Notes under the pieces: model-generated
Seen by the model: only the letters and a program-made list of their open reading frames with translations
What the model was told of the DNA's origin: nothing
Databases searched by the model: none
Assembly: GCF_004010195.1 (NCBI RefSeq)
Contig: NC_057718.1
Location: 97,575,300 to 97,639,299 of the forward strand
Source: Chiloscyllium plagiosum
Taxonomy: Eukaryota
Reading direction: 5' to 3'
DNA length: 64,000 nucleotides
Made by a program: the position numbers and the translations under genes
Shown here: positions 11,883 through 21,885 of the stretch, piece by piece
How positions within the stretch are numbered: position 1 is the stretch's first letter
Layout: each line of letters begins with the position of its first letter

Positions 11883-14572
11883 GTTGCTGGCCACATGGAT
11901 ACAGAGTTGTCAGTGGTCGTCGTTTATCACACGTTACATTCTAGCTCAGTTCCCATACCAAACGGGTCTTCAGGGATCAGGATGGTTAGCGTGACTTTTA
12001 GATGAGTATTTCCTGCTGAGAACAGAGGTGGTTGAATCAAATCAGCTGCGACGTTTGAGGAGTGAGGGGCTGAATTCAATGTTATACCTTGCAGAACTGA
12101 CTTTATTATAGTAAAACCTGTTTGACAATGTGTCAGTCATGGTCTATCTCTCTGTCTCTACTCCCACACTGAGGTTCTCCACACTTGGGCTCCGGTCAGT
12201 TTTGTTCTCTCCGCCTTTGGGAACGATGTTGTCTTCCTCTTTGACAGAAGCCTTCAGTCCATGTTGTGAAAGTGATCCAGTAACTTGCTGTACTTGTGGA
12301 GACACATTTATTCCTGCTCACTGACCTCTTGGTGCTCAACATTTCATTAGCAAATGAAAGACGCAAACTCAGTGCCGGGAGACATCTAATTAAAGGGAAT
12401 GGTTGAGGTTATGCTGTTGCCAGGAAATCTACAGTGTAAAATAATGTGTGGTTTCTGACCGGTGATAACGTTGCCTTAATAAGGTACAAGGGTAGATGAG
12501 ATGCCAGAGCAAAGGTCCCATGGGAAATGCCTTGGACAGTTCAAGGTCTTTCTTCTCAATGAAGTAAGCCCGCTGGAGTGCGACTCTTTGCGTAATGGAT
12601 GGATTGGCTGTTCACAAAGTGACGATGTTTAATTATTTCTAAAACTGCCCGGAAATGAATGGGGTGGTGCACATGAAGGAGTACCATCTCCCACCAGCAA
12701 TAGCAGCAGTACGTTCTCTTTAGGACTCACGAGTTCTGAGAAACATTTTCAAAGTGTACTATAGCAACAAAGAGGGGGGGGCCAGAAGCCCTCAGAAGAT
12801 TACATCGCAGTGTTTAGCCTGCGATATCTATTCTGCCTCTCTGCTGGAATTGACCGAGGGTCACTCTCCAAACGGCCCCCTGGTTTCCCGTTTGAACAAC
12901 ACAGCACTCTGTGCCTCAGCTCCCGCCTGTGGCAAATCAGTACAATGGACCACCGTGCGAAGTTCTCTCGCTTCCCTCGGAGTTTTTGTGATTGTCGACT
13001 TCCAATCATCACCTCTGGAAGCCGAGAAGAGCAGTCCCTCCCTGATAAAACCGGTCAAGTTAAGTTTCCAAGTAACCTAACGCGATTCAAATCAAAAGTA
13101 CCCCCACTCACTGAGGATAAGTGTCCCACAGGTTTAAATCGAATTGCCAATACTGCAAAGAACTCTTGTGGAATGCTGGTCAGCGACAGCGAGTTGAGAT
13201 TCCCCTCTTGTCTGAGGTGATCATTAAGATGGGTTTGAATTGCAGCAGCTCCCCTGGGAAATGGCTGAGGGAGGCAAGACAGGTCACAGGGAGGGAGGGA
13301 GGGAGGGAGTGACATGTCCATTGTTGCATCATCGTCACGTTTTATCAGCAGTTGACCCTCGACCCAAAGACCAATTGAACCAGTAAAGCAGCCTCCAGGA
13401 TGTCTTGCTGCCAAGCCTGACCGTCTCCCTGACTGTGAGAGCCCTCAGCAGAGCCACTCCCCCACTCCACCCCCCACCCATCCTTCTCTGCCAATGCAGT
13501 CAGGCTCTGCCTGACCAGTCCTGGCAACCCAGAACCCATTTACCCTGTTGTCGGGGTGCCATCCGTCCAATTGATGTCCTCTTCTACCAGCTGCAATCCC
13601 GGCAATCGCCACCAGGCATCAGTGGTGCCGCAGAGCTGCTGGCTGTCTGATTGGCCAGTCACTCCCGGGGTCAGGCAGTCATCCAGAGGCAGCTTGCCAG
13701 CAATTTGTGGCCCGTGGTCCTAGAGACCGCCACAGCAGCGTTGCCTTCCATCGACCCCCATCTTTAGCAAACCCTGGGCTTGTAGGGGCTCCCACCTTGG
13801 TGACTAAATCCACCCTGACCCCTGGCTTAGGCCTGACTGGTGGTAAATTCCAAGTTTAAAGTGCAGTGTTTGTGAACAGTACTGGTCTTTTAAATTGCCT
13901 GTTCAGAACACACATGTGGAGCAGGTCGAGCTTGAACCTGGCCCTCCTGGCTCAGAGGTAAGGACACTACCACAGTGCCCTAAGGAATTAAGTCCATAGT
14001 TTTAACCAGTTGACCATGACTAAAGGCCGTTTAGCTGTATTCAATTAGCCATGCAGACCTGTGGGTGGTTTACCGACACAACCCCCTGCATCACAGCATT
14101 TCCTCCTCTTATTGTTGTCACAAACATTAACCAATGAGCAATCAACACACAATTTTTTTTACATTACATTACAGTGTGGAAACAGGCCCTTTGGCCCAAC
14201 AAGCGCTGTGAGGCAGCAGTGCTAACCACTGTGCCACCGTGCCGCCCACAATGTTTCTTCAAATAACATCTGAGGTGATCAGAATTTTTACCTTTGGAAA
14301 AAGTGAAGTCACAGCGACCTCTGACTGACTGCCCTCTCGAAAACAAATGACAGGACGAGAAATGTTTTCACGGTGTTTAGTTTGATCTTCTGGTCAGTTT
14401 AATGGGCATGAAGTTGACGAAATGACCAGGATTGAAGCACATGTTGTTCTTCGACACCAAAATCCAACACTGAGGAGTCAGGAATTAGCAACAACAAGGT
14501 TAAGTCCAAAATCCAAACTATTCCGACATCAATGTTTTACCAATCGATTGTACTTCACAGTCAACAATGCAT

Positions 14573-14845
14573 GATAGAGTCATGCATGGAAACACACCCT
14601 TCAGCCCATCTCGCCCATGCCGACCAGATATCCTAAATTAATCTAGTCCCATTTGTCAGCATCTGACCCATATCCCTCCAAACCCTTCCTATTCATATAC
14701 CCATCCAAATGCCTTTTAAATGTTGGAATTGTAGCACCTCCACCACTTCCTCTGGCAGCTCATTCCATACACGTACCACCCTCTGCATGAAAAAGGTTGC
14801 CCCTTAGGTCCCTTTTAAATCTTTCCCCACTCACCCTAAATCTAA
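14573..14845 (-). mobile_element. CR1/HER1 LINE 3' fragment
   Basis: Reverse complement of the CR1 ORF2 end (RVVRVWNELPEEVVE-type) and 3' UTR. Confidence 0.85.
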
Positions 14846-15093
14846 ACTTAGGCCCTTAACTGAAAAGCCAACCTGAGAGAGGTGTGAAGTTCTGAAAGCT
14901 TGTCATTTTAAATAAACCTGTTGGACTATTACCTGGTGTCATGTGATTTTTGACTTTACCCAAATAAGGATGCACTGCACATGAGGTGTCTGTGTGTAAA
15001 ATCTTAGCCTTTATCCGTCTTCAATTCTGCGCTACGTTTATTGCATTAATATCTACGGGGTGAGACTTGGAAGGGTGTCTTGACAGAAGCAGA

Positions 15094-15357
15094 GGAGGCT
15101 GGGAGAACACAGCAAGGAAGGCAGCATCAGGAGGGTGGGGGAACACAGCAAGGCAGGCAGCATCAGGAGGCTCTGGGAACACAGCAAGGCAGGCAGCATC
15201 AGGAGGCTGGGGAACACAGCAAGGCAGGCAGCACCAGCAGATGCTGTAACCCCTTCTTCAGATCCCAGTCGACTCCTCCACCTCCTGATGCTGCCAGCCT
15301 TGCTGTGTTCTTCCAGCCTCCTGTTTGTCAACTTTGGATTCCAGCATCAGCAGAGGT
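15094..15357. repeat. Four tandem ~35-bp units derived from the Penelope terminal repeat, followed by an inverted partner
   Basis: GGAGGCTGGGAACACAGCAAGGCAGGCAGCATCA x4, then CTGATGCTGCCAGCCTTGCTGTGTTCTTCCAGCCTCC. Confidence 0.8.
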
Positions 15358-16439
15358 TTTGTCTCTGACCATGGTTCAGAAATAGCAGACACACATTCCT
15401 GAGGGAGAGCTCATGCCCGAATCTGCTTCCTCGGATGCTGCCTGACCGGCTGTGCTTTTCCAGCACCACACTTTTTGACCTAAATTTTAATCTTGTGTGG
15501 TTTGTCAGAAGCTTGCATCCCTGATCCTGAGAACGCAATCCCAATGACTCAGCAGGGCGGAGGTGGGGACTGCAGATGCTGGAGATTAGATTTTCCTGCT
15601 CCTCGGATGCTGCCTGACCTGCTGTGCTTTTCCAGCACCCCTCTAATCTTGACCCCAATGCCTCAGGCTGTCTTGCTGACAGGGAGATGACAGCTTCCCT
15701 CCAGCCCCTTGCCCACTCCTATCTTTCACACTCAGTGTCTGGCCATTCAGTTGAGGCGAAGCATGCTGGTACATTTGACCTGTCACCACTGTAAGGTATT
15801 CTAACCGTCTGCCTTCTCCAGAAATAACATAGAGAGGAATTTCAGACAAGCAGCCTCAATGTTAAAACATTGTTACCCCCAGACTCTAACCGCAAGACTT
15901 CTGTAAATTGGAAATAATTGAACTGAAAGAATAAATGTTTGCTTATTAAAACTTGTACATTGGCAATCGCATTATCTCAAGCAATTTTGATGCAGTTGAT
16001 ATTTTTAACTTTCTGTCACATGACAAAGACAGGTTTGTTTTTGGGTACAGAACCTCATTGTATTTCGGTTTCAGATGCTGCTCAATGAGCTTTTTCAAAT
16101 TCTTTTCAGACTTTCTGCACGTGGCCACTTTGCTCTCTGTCCCACTTGGCCCCCCAGCTCAGTACTGTCTGCCGATCCAGATCCAGAAATGAGATGCTGC
16201 AACGTTTTGAAGGTTTCGATGGTTCGGGAAGTGATGTTCAGCCCGCAACTGAATCAGCAGGCAACAGGTTGAATCATAGAATCCCTGCTCTGTGGAAACA
16301 GGCCATTTGGCCTAACAAGTCCATGCTGACCCTCTGAAGAACATTCTACCCAGACTCACTCCCCTACCCTATCCCTATAACCCTGCATTTCCCATGGCTA
16401 ATCTACCCTAACCTGCACATCTCTGGATTAACCATGGAG

Positions 16440-16790
16440 CCCCACTCGAGAGGCGTGAGCACTGTACTCCTGGGTTGGTGCTCCAGGGCAGTATGGAGGG
16501 AGTGCTGCACTGTCGCGGGTGCCTTATTTTGGATGAGTTGCCCTATCTTGCACCCTTGAGTGGAGAGAGAAAAGACCCCACAAGAGTATTGATAGAGGAG
16601 CAACAGCAGTTCTTATTGGTGTCCTGCCCAATGTCCGTCTCTCTCAATTGACACCACTGAAACAAATGGCTCATTATTGCATTGTTGACTGTGGGACTTT
16701 GTTGTGCACAGATTGGCCACATTTCATTGGCTCCAGAGTGCTTTGAGGCATCCTCTGGTCGTGCAAGGTGCTATATAAATACAAGTCTTT
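16440..16790 (+). mobile_element. Old DeuSINE-like SINE (related copies near 33915-34200, 50970-51300, 63840-64000)
   Basis: GAGGGAGTGCTGCACTGTC... motif and a GTGCTATATAAATACAAGT tail shared with other degraded copies. Family name is from memory. Confidence 0.55.
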
Positions 16791-17096
16791 GGTGTTGTCT
16801 TTGAAAGACCATGAAAGACTCTAGGCCTCCAGATGGAGATGGATTCTCTCTGGCTGGAGGATATTCAGTTGGAGATGTCTGGGGTTGCAGGAATCGAGAG
16901 ATTTGGAGAGCAGCGGGAAGGTGAGGCTGAGGGAAAGGAGCAGCCATGATTGTGCTGAGTGGTAGAACAGATATGAGGGGCCAAATGGACTGTTCCTACT
17001 GTGGGTTCTGCTGTTCTTATGCTTCTCAGAGCCCAACATTGAATTGACGTCAAGCATTCTCAACCAAAGGAGCTCACCCACGTTATTTTACAGTGT

Positions 17097-17852
17097 CAGT
17101 GGGTTGGGTTGTTGAGTTGGCTGGTCTCAGATTCAGAGTGATGCTAACATCAATGCCTACACCAGCTGGGGTATCTCTGCAGGTCCCTCCTTCTCAATCT
17201 CACTCCATGCCTGAGGTGTGGCGACCCTCAGGCCGAACTCACCACAGTCATCTATCTCTTATTTCAAAAATATGCTTAATATTCACAAAAATAATTATAT
17301 GCATACATAGTCACTGATGCAACTCGGTTCTGTTTCAGTCGCCAATGAAGAAACCAACAAACATAGTTTGACTCTATCCAACAAACAAACACAAGGCATT
17401 TATTTCTTGTACGAGATTGTCTTTACAGATACTTTGAGGTACCAGGAGGGAGCAGTAACTGAACGGACCCCAATTTATCTTCAGCCGGAAGACCTCAGAC
17501 AGTGGTCTTTCCCCACTGTGCCCTTGGCGGCAGCTGCCCCAGGTTTTGGTGCGTCCCTCAGCACATAGTCCTGGACCTTGGTGGGTGCCGGTCTGCAGCA
17601 TTCGGTCAGGGTCAACTCCTTGCTCTGGAAGACCAACAAGATTCAGGCAGAGCAAAGAGCATCTTTCACCATGTTAATGGTCCTCTACGCACAGTCAATG
17701 TTTGTCTCGGTGGCGTCCTGGGGAACAGAGCAGCTTGGGACAAACATTGACAAAAAAACCTCCAGACTTCCCTCAGGCACCTCTCTCTCTCTCTCTCACG
17801 AGAGAACGTGACTACAGTCTCCCGGGACTATGGTGACGTTACTTTCCGTTGA
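17097..17852 (+). mobile_element. tRNA-derived SINE split by a Tx1-type LINE insertion
   Basis: 5' part 17097-17258 (CCTGAGGTGTGGCGACCCTCAGG...CAGTCATCTATCTCT) and 3' part 17780-17852 ((CT)n-ACGAGAGAAC...GGACTATGGTGAC) match the uninterrupted minus-strand copy at ~41775-41978. Confidence 0.75.
17259..17779 (-). mobile_element. 5'-truncated Tx1-clade (L1-like) non-LTR retrotransposon, ORF2 C-terminus and 3' UTR
   Basis: The minus strand encodes ...RTINMVKDALCSA*ILLVFQSKELTLTECCRPAPTKVQDYVLRDAPKPGAAAAK..., which resembles Tx1-type ORF2 ends. AT-rich tail. Confidence 0.75.
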
Positions 17853-17891
17853 TACCGAAACAGTTTGGATCCTATACCTAAAGCTTGATGT

Positions 17892-18186
17892 TGGCGGCAC
17901 GGTGGCACAGTGGTTAGCACTGCTGCCTCACAGCGCCAGAGACCCGGGTTCAATTCCCGCCTCAGGCGACTGACTGTGTGGAGTTTGCACGTTCTCCCCG
18001 TGTCTGTGTGGGTTTCCTCCGGTTTCCTCCCACAGTCCAAAGATGAATTGGCCATGCTAAATTGCCTGTAGTGTTAGGTAAGGGGTAAATGTAGGGGTAT
18101 GGGTGGGTTGCGCTTTGGCGGGTCGGTGTGGACTTGTTGGGCCGAAGGGCTTGTTTCCATACTGTAATGTAATCTAATCTAATCTA
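17892..18186 (+). mobile_element. HE1-like V-SINE, near full length
   Basis: GGCGGCACGGTGGCACAGTGGTTAGC head, GGTTCAATTCC box B, CR1-derived 3' end and (TAATC)n tail. Confidence 0.93.
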
Positions 18187-18534
18187 AAAATAACACGTGT
18201 TGCTGATTCATGACCCCTTGATGTTGTCTCTGACTGTGATAAAAGGTGGTGCACCGTGTTAACGAGGGCCACTGTTGCTGATTTCATATCCATCAAATTG
18301 ACCGGAAAAACAAACTAAACATGTTAAATGTTTTTCAAACTGTTCTGTTTTTAGTGATGCAAATGAGCACGGAGTACATAAGAGGGATTTTATTTGTCTG
18401 CTCATGCTGTGAAGTTTAATTCCTTAATTAATAACCATAAAAATAGTGTCCTCGTACTGATAATCAAGAGATTTGTTTTATTTAGTCTATACTGCCACCT
18501 GGTGCTCAATGCAGGACAATGCAGGTACAGGCAA

Positions 18535-18975
18535 AAGTGAGAACTGCAGATGCTGGAGATCAGAGTCGACAGTGTGTTGCTGGAAGAACACAGCAGGTCA
18601 GGCAACATCCCAGGAGCAGGAGAATCGACGTTTTGGGCAAAAGCCCTTCATCAGAATTCCTGATTTCTGATGAAGGGCTTTTGCCCGAAATGTCAATTTT
18701 CCTGCTCCTTAGATGCTGCCTGACCTGCTGAGCTTTTCCGGCGCCACACTCTCGACTCTAATGCAGATACAGGTAATCGTAAAACATTGAAAGTATTCAG
18801 CAAAATCCAACAGAACAGCGGATGCTGCAAATCAGGAACAGAAACAGAAATTACTGGAAAAGCTCCGCAGGTCTGAGGATGGGTCACCAGACCCGAAACG
18901 TCAACCGTGATTTTTCTTCACAGATGCTGCCAGACCTGCTGAGCTTTTTCAGCAACTTCTGTTTTAGTTCCTGAA
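18535..18975. mobile_element. Two adjacent palindromic Penelope-derived non-autonomous elements with hammerhead cores
   Basis: 18535-18760 is an inverted pair centred near 18660 (CCCTTCATCAGAA / TTCTGATGAAGGG). 18808-18975 is a second family with CTGAGGATGGGTCACCAGACCCGAAACGTC. Confidence 0.8.
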
Positions 18976-19009
18976 ATTATTCAGTTTTTGTTTTGTAATT
19001 CTTTTTGTT

Positions 19010-19340
19010 TATTAATTCATGGGAAGTGTGTGTCACTGGCCAGGCCAGTATTTATTGCCCAAAGAGCAGTTAAGAATCGACCACTTCACTGTGGGTCTGG
19101 AGTCACATGTAGGCCAGACCAGGTAAGGATGGCAGATTTCCTTCCCTAAAGGACACCGGTAAACCAGATGGGTATTCCAGCAATTGACAACAGTTTCCTG
19201 GTCATCACCGGACTCGTAATTCCAGATTTCAATTCAATTCAAATTCCACACCTGCGAAGTCAGGATGAGAACCTGGATTCTCGCGACGTTATCTGGATTT
19301 CCCAAATAATAGTCTAGTGACAATACCACTGTGCCATCAT
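19010..19340 (-). mobile_element. Old SINE, LF-SINE-like (related copies ~50660-50965 and ~52880-53170)
   Basis: Recurrent GTGGGTCTGGAGTCACATGTAGGCCAGACCAGGTAAGGA...TTCCTTCCCTAAAGGAC core. Family name is tentative. Confidence 0.55.
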
Positions 19341-20074
19341 CTCCTCGGTAATGTTACTGAACTGAAATATTATTTAGAAGTTGTTTTGTAATATGCAATG
19401 ACTCAGATTTAGTATCAACTTCCAATATCACTTTTCAATTCCTAAAATACCAGATTAACACAATGATGATGGAGTGATGGGAAAATGGGAACAGGAGAAA
19501 GTCACTCAGCCTGTTCGCTGTCCATTTTGATCATATCTGATCCCTATCCATAACTCTGCTTTTCCCACCTTTACATCAGAGCCCTATGCAGTTCCTGAAT
19601 TCTGAGAGAAATTACTGATCTACCAAAAATCAGTCCTTCTCAGTTCGGAATCTTTCTAATCCCCAACTCCTTGAGGGAGACTGAGTTTCTGATTTCTATG
19701 TTCCTTTGAAGAAGTGCTGAACAATCTGGGTTTAATTCTCCCCCTTGTTCCAGAGTTAGCCACGTGGAGGAAATGGCTGTTTTTATGCTGTCAAATGCTT
19801 TCATTCACTATTTAATGAAAGAGGTAACACTTCTTCCTTAGTGATTAACTTGCCTCACGAAGGATGTTGTTTCTTCAGGAACTGTGTATTTCAAGACTGA
19901 GAGTTCCTGCAGTCTTGTTTGGATGTCTTTAGTCCTGAAGTGAAGTATGTGCTACCCAGTTACCATTTGAGAAACCTCACTGTATATCTGATCTGTTGCA
20001 GTGTGACCTCACTGACAGTAATTCCTTCAGATCCTGTCAGCATGCCTGTGACACTCTGGTGCCTGAGCTGTGTA

Positions 20075-20294
20075 ATTGTCGTTCTGCTAATAACACCAGT
20101 TTCGTTAAAGCGACTTCGCAGTAACGCGATTGATGAATCGGGGACACTGTTTCTGACACACGAACCTTTAAAGCGTGTGCTGGCTGGAATGTGATTGCAT
20201 CGCCAACACTTTAAGCGCTGTTTGCAAAGCGCAATGTTTCTATAACGCGGGGTTGCACAAGCACGCAACCATGTCATTATAGTGGGACTACTTG
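20075..20294. mobile_element. Degraded Tc1/mariner-pogo-type MITE
   Basis: Ends resemble degenerate inverted termini (GTCGTTCTGCTAATAAC / TTATAGTGGGACTACTTG-TA), with internal TAACGCG repeats. Confidence 0.45.
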
Positions 20295-20356
20295 TACTTT
20301 AAAACTCCCCCTAAAACTTGCTTCTTTGACCCAGCTCCCAGCTGTCCTCATTGACG

Positions 20357-20955
20357 ATTTACAAGGATGTTGTCAGGGTTGGAGGTTTGAGCTATAGGGA
20401 GAGGCTGAACAGGCTGGGGCTGCTTTCCCTGGACCATCGGAGGCTGAGGGGTGACCTTATAGAGGTTTATAAAATTATGAGGGACATGGATAGGATAAAT
20501 AGACAGTCTTTTCCCTGTGGTTAGGGAGTCCAGAACTAAAGGGCACAGGTTTAGGGTGAAAGGGGAAAGATATAAAAGAGACCTAAGGGGCAACATTTTC
20601 ACACAAGAGGGTGGTACGTGTATGGAATGAGCTGCCAGAGGAAGTGGTGGAGGCTGGTGCAATTGTAACATTTAAGAGGCATTTGGATGGGTATATGAAT
20701 AGGAAGGGTTTGGAGGACGGCTTTTGCCCAAAACGTCGATTTTCCTGCTCCTCGGATGCTGCCTGACCTGCTGTGCTTTTCCAGCACCACTCTAATCCAG
20801 ACTTGGGTTTCCAGCATCTGCAGTCCTGGTTTTTACCTAGGGTTTGAGGGGTATGGGTCGGGTGGGACTAGATTGGGTTGGGATATCTGGTCGGCATGCA
20901 TGGGTTGGACCGAAGGGTCTGTTTCCATGCTGTACATCTCTCTGACTCTATGACT
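20357..20955 (+). mobile_element. CR1/HER1 LINE 3' end interrupted by a Penelope terminal fragment (20717-20837)
   Basis: Encodes RFTRMLSGLEVLSYRERLNRLGLLSLDHRRLRGDLIEVYK. AGGGTTTG(G)AGG is duplicated on both sides of the insert. Confidence 0.88.
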
Positions 20956-21554
20956 CGATACGTTAGCTTGCTCTCTCTCCATGCCTGACCCGCTGTGATC
21001 TCCAGCATTTGTTGTTTTCAGTACAGATTCCAGACTCTGCAACAAGTTGCACCTCCCTCTTTTAGTGCCCTCTTTCCTGAACAATGATGGATAAGGTTCT
21101 TCCAGGGGCCTTAGAGCATTGCCGCTGTTGTTGTTGTGCATATCAGCATTTACCATTTTGGGCAAAAGACCTTTGTCATTTCCTGACGAAACGTCAATTT
21201 TCCTGCCCCTCAGGTGCTGCCTGACCTGCTGTGCTTTTCCAGCACCAGCTCTAATCATATACTGTTTCCACTTAGGCCAACAGTGCAGTGACTGTCTAAC
21301 CGATCAATCTTCTGGCGAGCTCATGGTGTTGCAGTTGCCACGTGTGTGTTTGGAGTTGGAAAATTTTCCCCTTGTAAAACTAGCTCCTGTGCTGTCCAGG
21401 AAAAATCAAAATACTGCGTGCACTGGGAATCTGAAATTAGAGTGGAAAGTGCTGGAGAAACTCAGCAGGTTTGGCAGTGTCTGTGGAGAGAGAGAGAGAG
21501 AGAGACCAAGTACCGCACTGACGCTGAATTCCTCCTGCCCTTCCTAGGATCTAT

Positions 21555-21885
21555 ATAGTGAGGAAGCAGGCCATTTGGCCCATCAGGTCAATACTGACCC
21601 TCCGAAAAGCATCCCAACCAGACCAACCCTTATCCCTCTAACCCTGCATTTCCTGTTGCTAATCCACTTAGCCTGCACATCCCTGGACACTATGGGGGAA
21701 CTTAGCACGGCCAATCCACCCTAACCTGCACATCCTTGGACTGTGGGAAGAAACTGGGGCACCCGGAGGAAACCTACACAGACACAGGGAGAAGGTGCAA
21801 ATTCCTAGCAGACAGGTGGAATCAAACTCGGGTCCCTGGCGCTGTGAGGCTGCAGTGCCAACCACTGAGCCACCGTGCCACCCCT
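21555..21885 (-). mobile_element. HE1-like V-SINE
   Basis: Reverse complement of the HE1 head and body. Further copies at ~29602-29858(-), 32994-33328(-), 34737-35041(-), 35637-35963(+), 36240-36545(-), 38416-38693(+), 43015-43305(-), 43521-43793(-), 59066-59388(+). Confidence 0.85.

Noticed and set aside
11883..13830. Non-repetitive-looking stretch with 100-136 aa ORFs on both strands
   Set aside because: No recognisable domain or consistent exon structure. It needs a BLAST or conservation check before any call.
15800..16270. Acceptor-like sites and short ORFs as missing PLCB X-box or linker exons
   Set aside because: No frame matches PLC-beta, and phase-1 readings hit stops.
17892..17965. 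tRNA genes at SINE heads
   Set aside because: The box A/B motifs continue directly into SINE bodies. These are tRNA-derived heads, not tRNA genes.
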